Assembly (NCBI GenBank): GCA_964016885.1
Contig: OZ024741.1
Coordinates: 56,234,001-56,298,000 of the forward strand
Origin: Eledone cirrhosa
Taxonomy: Eukaryota
Direction of reading: 5' to 3'
Length of the DNA: 64,000 nt
Under the pieces are notes generated by a model, which was given only the letters and a program-made list of their open reading frames with translations, ran no database searches and was not told the origin of the DNA. Shown here in pieces: positions 12,124-27,100 of the stretch. Position numbers and translations under genes: made by a program. Numbering within the stretch: the stretch's first letter is position 1; the number at the start of each line of letters is the position of its first letter.

Positions 12124-15100
12124 TACCTTACCTGGCAAGCTATTCGTAGAAGGAAGTTAACGACAGAATCACAGTATTGCTTATCAATCGGTTTATTCAC
12201 ATCGGTTTGATTACGCAGACTCTGGAAATTAAGAGAGAAACATCAAAATATTTCATTATCATCATCATCTTTTGTACATGGCATGGGTTGAATGAAACCT
12301 TTTGAAGCAATGTTTTACAACTGGATGCCCTTCTTGACACCAAAGCTTTTAGTTGCTTTTTACAACACGCAAGGATATGGTGTATCTATTCTAAACCAGA
12401 TACACACATCATCATCATCATCATCATCATTTTACGTCCGCTTTTCCCTGCTTGCAAGGGTGGGACGGGTCTTATTCAGCACAGCATCTCTCCACTCGTC
12501 ACGGTCCCTCGTCATCTCCACCGTGAGCTTCAATGATCTGAGGTCTGTTCTCACCACCTCCGCCCATGTTTTTCGTGGTCTACCTCTACCACGTCTTCCT
12601 TCAACTGGCATTTCCTGGCACTTCTTCACCCATCGGTCATCCTCCATGCGCATCACATGTCCATACCACCTCAGTCTCCTCTCCCGTACACTACATTCTA
12701 TCCCTCTCAGACACAGTTTCTCTCTCAACACATTTATGCTGGGTCGTTCACGCACATTTACACTGCACATCCAACGGAGCATGCTTGCCTCATTTCTCTC
12801 CAGCCGTCGCATATCTTCTGCGGTAGCTGCCCATGTCTCACTACCATGCAGCATCGCGCTCCTCACACAGGCATCATACAACCGGCCTTTCGTACGCAGG
12901 GAGAAACCCTTCTTCGTCAACAGAGGAAGCAGCTCCCTAAACTTCTTCCAACCCGTCCTTATTCTAGATACTATGGCCTCGGAACACCCTCCTCCCATGC
13001 TAATCTGATCTCCTAGGTACCGGAAGCTATCCACCACTTCTATAGCGCCCTCTCGCATTTGAAAAATGTGTCTATCAGTGCGACTTCTACAGCATACCAT
13101 AAATAAACAGCATACCATAAATAAAATACACCTTAAGTAGCATACATTCATAGACATCATCATCATTTTTATGTTAACTTTTCTATGCTGGTATGGGTTA
13201 GATGGGTTGTCACATTGCAATGTTAGATAGGTCAGATGACTGTGATTTGCTCCTGTGTACCATTCTGGTATGGTTTCTATTGCTAAATGCCCTTGAAAAA
13301 GGCATTTCATTTTACATTGCTCCAGTATACTTCGCTAAAAATGAATACCAGTAGCTGAGGGTTGACTTTGCAACAGACAGGAGTGTCATCTTGTATTCTC
13401 AATCACTTAACACCACATAATAGACTGGAGTACCATCATGTACTCTTGGTCACTTAACACATGACAGAAGTACCATCTTGTACTCTCAGCCACCGCATAA
13501 CTGACTAGAGTACCTTCATGTAATCTCAGTCACTTAACACCAGTTATCACTGATCATGTACTCTTGGTCACTTAACAGACTGGATTATCATCTTGTACTC
13601 TGTCACTTAACACCAGATAATACTGGAGTACCATCTTGTACTCTTGGTCACTTCAGACTGGATTACAATCTTGTACTCTCAGTCATTTAACACCACATAA
13701 CAGACAGGAGTACTCTCATTTACTCTGTCACTTAACACCAATTGAACTGGAGTAAGCTTCAGCTTGGTGAGCCTATAGGTTCCAAAGACCTTACAAACTT
13801 GAGAGAAAGAGAGAGAGAAAGAGAAAGAGAGAGAGAGAGAGAAAGAGAAAGAGAGAGAGATTGGCATTTACCTCTGCTGGTTGTTGTTGATCATCTTTGA
13901 TTCTTTGCATTTCCCATTTTATAATTACTTCAGATAACTCCACAGCTAACTTTTTGTGTTCAAATGAGTGCTGTATATTGAAGCAATAACAATAACATTG
14001 AAATACATAAACAAAATATAAACAAGTATGGGAAGGGGTGGGGGAGTTATAGACAACAGATTAAGTATTAAAATATGGAAGAAAAGAATTGATACCAACC
14101 AGGCTCTGATTCTATGATACAAGTTCACTCATTTTAAAAGGTTTCTATTTAAATTAAAATCTTCCAACATAATTACATATAAGTTACTATCTTAGCAATG
14201 AAGTAATAATTTTAGTAAATCCTTCAAAATTCTTCATTAATTAATTGAAATAGAGTATTTCATTAGAAACAGTCATGAAAGGGTTAATGCTATGTACAAC
14301 AAACATAACATGAGACTCTTAACATGTCCACATGACCTGCAGTCAAATCTGTCATGTAACCCACTCTACTAGGACACATTGCCTAATCATCATCATCACC
14401 ATTTTACACCCGTTCTTCCATGCTAGCATGGGTTAAACGGGTTGTCCTGTTGTGTGCAGTGTCTGGTCGGCTGACCATGCTTTGCTCATACAGGAACTGA
14501 TTTTGGCTCGATTTCTACAGCTGGATGCCCTTCCTAACACCAACCTCATTTACAGTGAGTGCTGGGTGCTTTTTCCGTGGCGCCTACACGTCCACTTTAC
14601 AGTGTAGGCTGGGTGCTTTTTTACCGTGGCACCGCCACGACCACCTTGCAGTGGGAGGGTGTGGGGGCATATTGTCTATATGCTTCAGCTTGTACCCATG
14701 GGAGGTGGAGTACTCTGTATTATGTACCCATGGGAGGCCTAATGTAGTACAAAATACACTATCATGGAAAAAAACAAACAAAAAGATTGGATGGTCACAG
14801 CTGGATTACCTGCTAGACCAGGACTAAACAGCAAACAGCCACTTACTAATATAATTCCAAATATTGATTTCTTACATTATTAAATGATTCATAGGGAGAA
14901 GAGCAGTTAGCCAATATATTTGATCTAGCACATTACTGGCATTTGCCATTATTTTGAACCCCACCCCAGGATTTGCACTAAGAATTTAAAGGGATATAAC
15001 AAAACACTGCAAGGCATTACTATATTATTTTTGGCACTAAGCCACCTAAATGGCAACAAATATTGACTGTAAGCACCAATTCAGAATCCTGAATTATAAG

Positions 15101-18100
15101 CACAGGGTTATTTCTTTCAAAGAATTCATATTTACTATAAGAGGCACCCTGATATGAATAATTGTTTCTACTTTAGGCACAAGGCCAGCAATTACCCAGT
15201 GCATTACTGGTACTTTATTTTATCGACCCCGTAAGGATGAAAGGCAAAGTCAACCTCGGCGGGATATGAATAATGAAAACCCTGAAAATTAATCCTCTTT
15301 GAAATCAAAAGAACCTTTGGAGTGAGAACTTAATTCCTACTCTAGTGGGGTCAAGCAGATGACCATAATTTATCTTCTGTAAATTGGATGCTAATCTATA
15401 TTCCCACAATACTTGTTACCATATTCCCACAATACCTTTCACCTTATTACTCACTAATCTATATTCCCACAATACCTATTACCTTATTCCTCACTATTCT
15501 ATATTCCTACAAGTTGTTTTAGAGAGGCCACAGGTTAACAGCCTGTTTAGAGATGTCCTGGCACCCTACAAAGTGCATTTTACATAATAAATTAGATACT
15601 GCTCAAAATACATTATCAAATGATTGCAGTGGGTTTGTAGTTGAGATCTTTGAGCTGGCAGGAACAGTGGTACCAGTGTTGTATTCAGTCTTACACATTC
15701 TTATGAGGAGGGAGTGGGGAACTTTATTTACAATTCAGAGGGCTGGGATATTGAGAGATAATAAAATAGCATCTTGATGATGTGAGGAAATAACTTACGT
15801 TTTGTGTAAAGCCAAGTCGCTGCAGGGAGCTGACCATATGCTGAATTAAATGGTGACGTACTGGATAGTAAACTTTGTAATGACGTACCACAAGTTGGCT
15901 GTGAAGTTGATGAATAACGTGAAATAATGAGTGAACATGGAAGATATTTAGGGGGGGAAGTTAGGACTGACAGTGGAGTTGGTGAACGACATGAAATAAT
16001 AAGTGAACATGGAATATATTTAGGGGGGTAGAACTGACAGTGGAGTTGGTGAACAACATGAAATAATAAGTGAACATGGAAGATATTTAGGTGGGGGGGA
16101 AGTTAGAACTGACAGTGGAGTTGGTGAACGACATGAAATAATAAGTGAACATGGAATATATTTAGGGGAGGAGGGTTAGAACTGACAGTGGAGTTGGTGA
16201 ACAACATGAAATAATAAGTGAACATGGAAGATATTTAGGTGAGGGGGAAGTTAGAACTGACAGTGGAGTTGGTGAACGACATGAAATAATAAGTGAACAT
16301 GGAATATATTTAGGGGAGGGGGGTTAGAACTGACAGTGGAGTTGGTGAACAACATGAAATAATGAGTGAACATGGAATATATTTAGGGGGGGGGGGGGGG
16401 TTAGAACTGACAGTGGAGTTGGTGAACAACATGAAATAATGAGTGAACATGGAATATATTTAGGTGGGGGGTTAGAACTGACAGTGGAGTTGGTGAACAA
16501 CATGAAATAATGAGTGAACATGGAATATATTTAGGGGAGGGGGGTTAGAACTGACAGTGGAGTTGGTGAACAACATGAAATAATAAGTGAACATGGAATA
16601 TTTGTAGCGGTAGAAGGTTGGTGGGATTGTTAGCAACATTTATAGCATCAACACCACCACCACCATCACACACATGAACTACTACCACTACCACCAATGC
16701 TACCACCACCACCATTATACACATGAACCATCAACACCACCATTACACACATGAACCAACACCACCACACACATGAACCACCACCTCTGATAACAAGAAC
16801 ACTACTACACACATGAACCAACACCACCATTATACACATGAACCATAAACACCACCATTACACACATGTACCACCATCATTACCAAGAACAACATCAGAT
16901 ATAGCACCACACCATGAACTATTACTACCACCACCAAGAAAATCAACAGCAGCAGTTATAGCACCAACACTAACACCACTTCCAATAACTATAGCTGCCA
17001 GACATAATGTTGAATGTGAAGAAAAGATGAACAATAAAATGGTGTACTTACAGCAAATGGACAAGTTGAGGAACAGCATGGCCTTCTTCAACTATGATTT
17101 TCTTGGTCCAGTGTGCTAACATTCCCTGTCAGCAGCAGAAGAAACAGTGGAAATGGAAAGAGAGAAATAATAAAATCCCTGAGTGTTGTTAGGTTTGTAA
17201 ATACTAAAAAGATAATCCTATCATGATGAATTATAGGAGAGAAGAGAAACCTGGAGAATACAGGTAAAACATTAAAAATAAAAGGACAGACATAAAACAA
17301 AAATATGTTCAACTTACATTGCCATCCTCCATTCTTCCTGGGAAAGCTGGGGTTAAAATCTCAAGAGCTTGTCGGACTACAGCTCGAGCTTCCACCGCAT
17401 GTGCTTTCAGGAGACTGTGAAACACCTGAATTATCAAGATAAATTAAAATAGAAACTTTCTTGGTGTTTGTTTTAACTCTTTCATACAAAAGACTGTTAT
17501 AATTTTCAATTAATTTTGAAAATAATAAAAACTTTGGAAGGATTTAGTAATATAATTTTCTCATTATTAAGCTGGTATAAGAATGTGGTGGATTGTTGGC
17601 AGTATCGGTAGAGCATCGCACAAAATGCTTTGCAGCATTTAGTTATGACCTATGTCCTGAGTTCAAATCCTGCCAAAGTGAACTTTGCCTTTCATCTTTA
17701 CAGGTTGATAAAATTAAGTACCAGTTAAGTACTGGGGTCAATATAATTGACTCTCCTCTTCACCCATTGCTGGTCTTGTGTCAAAGTTAGAAAGAATTAT
17801 TAAACTAGTATTTGGAGCATAACTCAAAAGATGCTTACATAAAACTATGAAGGGAGACTTTTAGATAAATATAAACACTATAAAATATACAATTTTGTAC
17901 CATAGAATGTCAAGTTATTTTCTCTTGACTTCATTTAGCATTTATCATGGAAATCATTTTGGCCAAGACTCTATTGAAACCTTTTTGCATATATTACTTT
18001 GTTTTACATTGATTGGAAACAAGAAGGATCATGCTATACTGATGTCAAAGTTCAAATCAAAACATGAGTACATAGATGTCCCTTGCCTACTAATAAAAAC

Positions 18101-21100
18101 CAGTATGTCCTTTCACTTGAGTGTATGGTTAAAATGTCTAAGGAAACAATTACAAGATAGACTTTATGGGCAAAACCAACCAGCAGGAGATCTAGTCAGA
18201 TCATTTGGAGACAGTTGTTTCTGATAATACCCTCTGAAAGGTGTGCCTGAGGGCTCTGCTCTAACGAGCCTCTCAGGAATAAGTGGACGAAGAATTATTA
18301 ATTCAACTATTAATTTATGATTTATTTATTGAAATTATTTTCATTTCTTCTGAGTTGCCTTTCAACAGCCACGAGGGTTTTGTTTCCTATGCTAGGATGG
18401 AAATCATTTTGATTGTTTTGACATCCAAAGTGGTTGTGTAGAAGTCACGACTAAAAGCACCCAGCACACACTGTAAATGTGGTTGACATTAGGAAAGGCA
18501 TCCATCCATAGAAATCTAGCCAGAAACAGTTCTATATGAGTAAGACATGGTCACCTGACCCAACTTGCCTCAAATGAAACAACCCATCTAACCCATGCTA
18601 GCGTGGAAAAAACGTTAAACAATGATGATTTTCCAAGCAGGCACAGGTGGGATGGTATGATTTGAGACTATATTTTAGTTGCTACTTATGAGATGCAGGG
18701 ATATGATGCATCTATTCTAAAAGAGGGGATCATCATCGTTTTTACGTCCATTTTTCCACGCTTGCATGGGTCCTTTTCAGCATAGCATCTCACCATTCGT
18801 CACATCCTTTGTCATCTCAGAGTCTCAATGATTTGACATCAGCTCTCACCACCTCCGCTCAGATTTTCCTTGGTCTACCTCTACTGTGGCTTCCTTCCAC
18901 TGGGATTTTCTGGCACTTTTTCACCCATTGATCATCATCATCACTGTTAAACATCTAATTTTCCATGTTGGCATAGGTTAGACAAGTTATCCTGTTGAGA
19001 GCAATGCATAACATGCTCATACAGAACCAATCTGGGATTGGTTTCTACAGCTAGATGCCCTTCCTAGTGCCAACATCACTTATTTACAGTGAGTACTGAA
19101 TGCTTTTTATTGTGACACCGACATATTTAAACAAACTGACAAAGAAATCTGTACATTGTTTTGTAGGGTATTAGGACCAAAATAAAATTAAAAACTTACT
19201 TGCAGGACAATTCTTTTATGAATGGCAAATTTGGCTATGATATGGGCTAACAGCAAGTGTCCATGGTATTTGTTGGCTGGGTCAACACAGTTGCGAGGTA
19301 ACAATGAAGGCCATGCAAATGTCATAAGGCGCCGTAACTTATTGCCCTGTTTCCTGTAGAGAATAGTTTAAAGACAGAGGTAAATTCACAGGGTTGTCCA
19401 ACTGACACACTTTCTTTCCTGTTCTCACATTTCTCTCTCTCACCCACCTCGCACACATACAGAGAAAGAAAGGTTGAAAGAGCGACAAAGATGAAAAGCA
19501 ACAGATAGACAGACACATGTACAGATAAAAGGCAGCTCGTGATAGGGAAAAGAGAGATTAATATATATACATGAATTTAAATTGCACCCCACTTTTTGTC
19601 TTTATATTTTGCTTCTAGTATTTTATATTTCAAGCCTAGTAGACAAATTGCATGCAGCTTTTCAAAAACTACAATTAATCCACATGTATATATTTCTTCC
19701 ATGTACTGTACTGTTTATTTTGTTATTTCTGTTTACCTTTTACATTCATATATATATATAGAGAGAGATAGATAGACACACATATATTACACATTGAGAG
19801 AGGGAGAGAGAGAAAATGTATAAGAGTGTAGTGACCTACATTCCGCAGGCTCACATACATTCTCTGTGCATGATTTGGTTCAGTTCAGCCAATCAGCGCC
19901 AGTAGAAGAGGATGTATCCCTACGTGCCCTGAGGAAGAAATTCCCCGCGAAGATTTGAAGAATCTCTCTCTTGTACCGGAAACTTCAAGCCAGCAACACG
20001 CATAATGTAGCAGTGAGATATTGCACCCCTAGCCTCGTCGGCTTAACGGCGCAATGGCACATTCCCTTTTGTAACCTCTTTTTATCTGTAACTTCAACCA
20101 TATAAATAAACAAACATTTCATCTCTAATTACTGCGGTTGAAGTCGTTATTATGTTACTCGTGTCTCAATAACATCTTTAATCCATGCTGCTGGAATTGG
20201 CGACCCGACGAAAGGAATATTGTAAATAGATGGTAAATAGATCGAGGGACCTTCCCTCACGTCTATGTCAACAAGATAATCCAACGAGGATACTATCACT
20301 TACCACACTGGCAACTAACGACCACTGATTCTACCACCCCGCTAAAGTGGCGATAACATCTATAACTAATACTGCTTCTTATTCATTCAGTTTAACTTTT
20401 ATTGCCACGTTGCAACTTGCGAAAATCCAGAATATTCCTTTTAAGATTTTTGAAAAATTAGCAGTATTTCAAAAACTTTTTCGCCACGAAAAAATTTCAA
20501 GATGGCTACCGACATGTCATGGCTACGCTTGACAACAACAATGACAGCAGCAGCGACAGCGTTGTTTAACCACTGACCAATACAGGGAACAGTGAGTGGC
20601 AGCTTCATAACCTTACCGACGCCAACCACCACACATCGAAAATTTCAAAACGGCTTGTAACTTTACCGACGCAACCACCATACCTTCTGTCTCGTTACCA
20701 CAGGGACGCGAGAAATTGAGACAGTAGTTTTCTCACCATTATGGCGTCAGACGTGACTGCCATATTTGGTGACTCCTACTCTACAGAAGATTCTTTGACA
20801 TTACTTTAACAATAAGCAACACTACCGTGTGGCGGGACGGTAAGCTGGCCACGAAATCTCACAAAAACACCATACATCTAACCCCTAACGGCATTAACAA
20901 ACTTCTTTTTCAGTTTTCAGATAGAACTAGTGTCTGTACACTGGTGATGTGTGAACTATTTGACTTTGAAAAACTTTGAACTTATTGAGCAATTTCTCTG
21001 CTCCCCTAGATTGACTTTGAATTATCAGTTTGTTACATTCACATATTTCTTTGTAGAATGCATTTACTTGTTTTGTGCTCTTTTGCTATTTGCTTGCTCA

Positions 21101-24100
21101 TGGTTTTTGTTCATTCACATTCTTTGCTGTTTTACATGCCTGCATATGCACACATTTTTTTTATCACACAGCAACATGTTGTTCTTGGTATATGTTCTTC
21201 AAACGTAATATTCTGCGAGTCCCTTTTCACCTGGTTGAGATGCTGTCACATGCTAGCAGCTCACAGAGCTTAATCCACTGGATTCAGACAGTCACCGCAA
21301 CACGAGAATACTAATTGCAGCTGAACTCAAACGGCTTCGCATCTCGTTGCACACTGATCGTCCATGACGGCCATCCGTCTTGTTGTTTTTGCCCGACTCG
21401 CTGGGAAAGCAACAAATTGAACTGGACTTGTCAACATTTCGGCCACTTCTGTGGATTCGCCCGAATTATGGAATTTACACTGCAACCCACCTACAGATTA
21501 AACTTGCCTTTTGTTCTTTACAAAGCAACCAGCCATTTTTTCCTGGCTCCACAGCACATTCGACAATACATTTGGGGGCCATCATTTTCTCGCCTGCACT
21601 GGTAAACTACCATAATAGCTTCGTTCACAGCTACTGGTACAACGCTTACCATTAACATTTAATGCAAGAACAGCAAGTTCGCCCATGTCAGACTTTATCA
21701 GTTTTTTGTTAGACCTTTGGAGGTCACGTATAAACAACAAAACAACTGGTCATTTGACACAGCGGCTCAACACGGCCTGTAGCGGCTCAACACGGCCTGT
21801 AGCGCCTCATTTTTTGTTCTTGCATGCAACCTTCTGCTCAATTATTTTTTCACTGATGTGCTCTTTCAGCATTTGTTCTTGCTGATTTAATAATATGTGG
21901 GTCCTTGGTTTCTTCGTTATCGATTTTCGGCTGAAAATCTGGTTGGAGGTGATGTAGTGAGCTACATTCCGTGGGCTCACATACATTCTCTGTGCGTGAT
22001 TTGGCTCAGTTCAGCCAATCAGCGCCAGTAGAAGAGGATGTATCCCTACGTGCCCTGAGGAAGAAATTCCCCGCGAAGATTTGAAGAATCTCTCTCTTGT
22101 ACCGGAAACTTCAAGCCAGCAACACGCATAATGTAGCAGTGAGATATTGCACCCCTAGCCTCGCCGGCTTAACGGCGCAATGGCACATTCCCTTTTGTAA
22201 CCTCTTTTTATCTGTAACTTCAACCATATAAATAAACAAACATTTCATCTCTAATTACTGCGGTTGAAGTCGTTATTATGTTACTCGTGTCTCAATAACC
22301 TCTTTAATCCATGCTGCTGGAATTGGCGACCTGACGAAAGGAATATTGTAAATAGATGGTAAATAGATCGAGGGGCCTTCCCTCACGTCTATGTCAACAA
22401 GATAATCCAACGAGGATACTATCACTTACCACACTGGCAACTAACGACCACTGATTCTACCACCCTGCTAAAGTGGCGATAACATCTATAACTAATACTG
22501 CTAAAGAATTTAAATTGCACCCCACTTTTTGTCTTTATATTTTGCTTCTAGTATTTTATATTTCAAGCCTAGTAGACAAATTGCATGCAGCTTTTCAAAA
22601 ACTACAATTAATCCACGTGTATATATTTCTTCCATGTACTGTACTGTTTATTTTGTTATTTGTTTACCTTTTACATTCATATATAGAGAGAGATAGATAG
22701 ACACACATATATTACACATTGAGAGAGGGAGAGAGAGAAAATGTATAAGAGCATATACTTACTTATTAGCAGCATCATGGATGTGTGGAGAAGCTTGTTC
22801 AACAAGTAGAGAGGAAAACTGAAGCAGGAGGATTCTGACGGCATCAGATGTGCCAAATGGATTCTCTGGATCAATGACACGGTTGATGAAGACGCTGATA
22901 ACGTTATCAGAATTATCTTGATCTGGACTGGGGGGTCCGCCTATCAGTGCCTCATCTTCACCGTGTTCGAAGGCATGTTGGAAACAGGGGATGATGATGT
23001 ATTGCAGAATCTGAATATAGTTTGAAGATACAAGGCATTACACTGGGTCTGTAAGAGGGGTGTATCAGTAACTTAGCATTGGTATAACCAACTACACATA
23101 TATCTCAATGCCACATGCAGACATGTAGGAGGGGTGTGTGTGTCAGTGATTAGCATTGGTACAATCACCTACATATATACATAAATGTCACATGCACCTA
23201 TTGTTGAACCTATGTTGGTTCTGATAGCGAGTGTCCTAGTTATTTGATCAATGAAAAAGCCTATATGTGAAATTAACATGCAAGTGGCTGTGCATTCCAC
23301 AAACATATGTATCCTTAATGTAGTTCTGAAAGAAATTTAGTGTGACATAGAATGTGACCAGATGGGCTCTTTGAATTAGATATAGCTCATTTTTGCTAGC
23401 TTACAAATTGTGAGCTGAACACCCTAACCATTAAGTCACACACTTTTATACATACATACCTGGCACACACCCTCACAACCGAAACACACATACAGACAGA
23501 ATTACTGACTCATCTATGTCAAAGGTTTAGGTAATCAATACAAAAACTTCCAAATAAGACATATGCTCTGAGTTCAAACCATACTGCTATAAACTTTTAC
23601 TTTCATCCATTCAAGGAGAACAGTAAAATACTAGTCCAGGGCAGTGGATTGGTGGAATTATTAGCATATCAGACAAGGTGCCTTGTGGTATTTGTCCCAT
23701 CTTTTTGTGTTCTGAGTTCAAATTCCACTGTGACCGAGCTGGGTTATATATTTAATACACTTCCCAGCTTACTACCACCACAACCATCTGGCCATAGGGA
23801 GTCTTCAGTGGTACCCACTCTATTGCAAACATTTGGGGCAACTCTCCAGTTTGAGGTTTCCTCTCTCCCTTCCTACCACCTGTCTTCGAGGATCTGAAAA
23901 GGGTTATGACCATTGCCCTTACCTTCTTGATAAAACATCATCATTGTTGTTTCATGTCAATTTTTCCATGCTTGCACGACACATTTTACCAAATGGTGGT
24001 GAAGTGATGGATTGGGTAAAGACGAAAGTCAAAACTGGGTGTAAAGAGCTTAAATATAGACAAACTCCCTTTTTCTCTCTCATACACTGATACATACCTG

Positions 24101-27100
24101 AACACACAGTCACACACCTGGACACATACACACACAAAGATAAAACAAGACAAGGACAAACCTTGGCTTTCAATTCTTGGGGGCAGTTCTTCAAATGGAA
24201 GACATCAACAAATTTAAAAAAAGCATCTCGCTTCCATTCTACAGGGTACGTCTGTTAAAAAAACAAAAAAGCACTTTTAAAAACATAACAAACAAACACA
24301 CACAAATTGTTATATTTACTTATTTATTTTATGAAGAATCAGAATTTTTGTTACATTCTTTGCAAACTGGTCAGACACAATTCCATGGCAATGGGGAACT
24401 GTGTTACTGACCAAGTTGCAGAGAATGTGATAAAAATTTTCAGGAACCTATTTAAGGATGTGCAAGGGTGAAATACTCTAAAACATTACTAACCGCAGCA
24501 ACAACATCATCTAGAAAGTCCTTCACAAACTGAAACTGTGGAATGTACCGGTTGATGAAGCATCTTAATATCTGGAAGAGGAGGTCAATTTCTCTGGTGT
24601 GATGTCTAAAATAAGAAACAACAACAGCAATAAGTATGATAAACAACAGCTATAACTAGCAACAATAACAACTGACACCTAAAGTTTAAAAGAAATCTAA
24701 CTAAATTACTGATCATTGGGTACAGGATGTGCGGTGAAAAAAATGCTTTGCAACTACATGGCTGTGGATTCGATTCAATTCTGCAGCACCTTAGGTAAGA
24801 CATTTATCACAGCCTTGAATCAACCAAAGCTTTGTGAGTGAAATTCGGTTGTCAGAAACTCAGTGGTAGCCCATCGAAGAGGGCTGTTCCTGCTCATGGG
24901 TAGGAGACTCAATCTGACCCTGTTTTTTATCATCACGACTTGGCCCTAGCAAGCCTTTACTGGAAGCCACTTTGCTGAAAGCATTTATGACAAATTTCCT
25001 TCTTCTCACCAGATGCTCTGAAAAAAGGTAATGGATACTGCCCTTCCTCCTCTGAATAATCCAGACCTACGGTATCTGACCCATGGGCACTAGCTCATGT
25101 GGACAAGATAGCACAACATGGAAAAGTTATAGATGTACTGAAGACCTGTCCAACCTATGCTAATATGGAAAAAGAAACACGTTATAATATGGAGAAACAT
25201 GAATGAAGCAGAGTACTCACTTGAAGTAAGTTAGAAGACATCGAACTAAGAGTGCCGGTTCTTGCCAGTGAATGTAGTCTAAATTGTCCTGCAAATAATT
25301 ACAACTCTTTTATAGATTGAAGTATACAGCATTTAAAAATAGCTTTAGAAAAGTAGCTTACAAAATATTTATTAAACAAAACAATTATTTTTCAAAATAT
25401 TACTTATATTCTGCTTAGATCTATAATTGTTTCTACTTTTGGCACAAGGCCAGCAATTATTCCAGTGTATTACTGGTACTTTATTTTATCAACCCCGTAA
25501 GGATGAAAGGCAAAATTAACCTCGGAGGGATTAGATCTAAAATGATGGAATCTTAGGACTGCTCTAGTAATATACAGTATGTCTTTGGCATTTTAAGCCT
25601 GGCTGAGCACATCCCCTCTCCAGGTTTGAACACAGTTGATTTCTTACACAGAGATATATAGAGAGAAACAGAGGATGAAAAGCAAAGTTAACTTTATTAT
25701 TATATTACAAAACATCTGTTAAATAAAATTTTTATTTTACAAAATTGAGTAATTAATTGGATCCACTCTAGGTTTCTAAGTTTGATGAATGGAACAAGCA
25801 TGACAATATGTGACAAAGCTTAACCTTTGAATTACATTAACATGTAAGGGGTTGAGCATTCTACAGTTATGTATACCCATATTGTAAGTTTAAGGAAGAA
25901 TTCAACATGACACAATATGCAACCGGGCTTGAATTGCAGGTAGAACTCATCTGATGTCCTAACAGTTTCCGTTGACCCAAATTCCACTAAGAAGGATTAT
26001 CTCAATCTGAGGTAATGGTAACAGACACTTGCTCAAGATACTACTCAATGGGATCAAACTTCATGTTTGAAGCACTTAACCTATACCTATTTTACTGATA
26101 TTGGAAATAAAATAAAAATACAAATTTCCAAATACTTACAATTTTTTTATGTTTTTCCTGAAAACTATCTGATGTCCAAATCATTCTTAACTTGGCCACC
26201 TTGAAAGAAAAGATAACAGAATTACATTAAACAATTTAAATATCATCATTATCATTTTATGGAGATGAAAGTGTCACACACACACGTGTCATCATCATCA
26301 TCACCGTTTTACATCCGTTCTTCCACGCTAGCATGGGTTAGACGGGTTGTCCTGTTGTGGGTAATGTCTGACCATGCCTTGCTCATACAGGAACTGAGTT
26401 GGCTTGATTTCTACAGCTGGATGCCCTTCCTAACACCAACCTCATTTACAGTGAGTGCTAGGTGCTTTTTCATGGCGCCTACACGTCCACTTTACAGTGT
26501 GGGCTGGGTGCTTTTTTGCCGTGGCACCTCCACGACCACCTTGCAGTGGGAAGGTGTGGGGGCATATTGTCTATATGCTTCAGCTTGTACCCATGGGAGG
26601 TCGGGTACTCTGTATTACTGCGTGACGCCAGAGGTCATCACCTTTGAGAGGTGTAATTGGGTAAGGTCGGCTTTTATCACCTCATCCCAGGTTATCTTGG
26701 ATCTCCCCACTCCGCGGTTTCCATCAACTTCTAGTGCTCTGCACCTTTTTATGCAGCTGTCATCCTTCATACGCATCACATGTCCATACCAACGCAACCG
26801 CCTCTCCTGCACACAGCATTTGATTCCTCTTATGCTCAGTCTCTCTCTCAATTCATTTATGCTTTGTCGTTCTCGTATATTACTATTACACATCCATCGG
26901 AGCATGTAGGCTTCGTTTCTCTCTAATCTACGTAAGTCTTCCACCTTCAGCGCCCAGGTCTCACTACCATGCAACATCGCTGTTCGGATACACGCATCAT
27001 ACAGTCTGCCTTTCATTTTGAGGGAGAAGCCTTTTGCAGCTAGCAGTGGTAGTAGTTCCCTAAACTTCTTCCATCCCGTTCTTACCCTAGTTATTGTACT

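Noticed and set aside
13795-13797. Possible 3-nt microexon (ctctcaag|TTT|gtaagg) after a (CT)n tract
   Set aside because: Weak AAG acceptor, and the pyrimidine tract is a microsatellite; unsupported without junction reads.
15899-16602. CRISPR-like regular repeats
   Set aside because: No unique spacers, no cas genes, eukaryotic intron; it is a plain tandem repeat.
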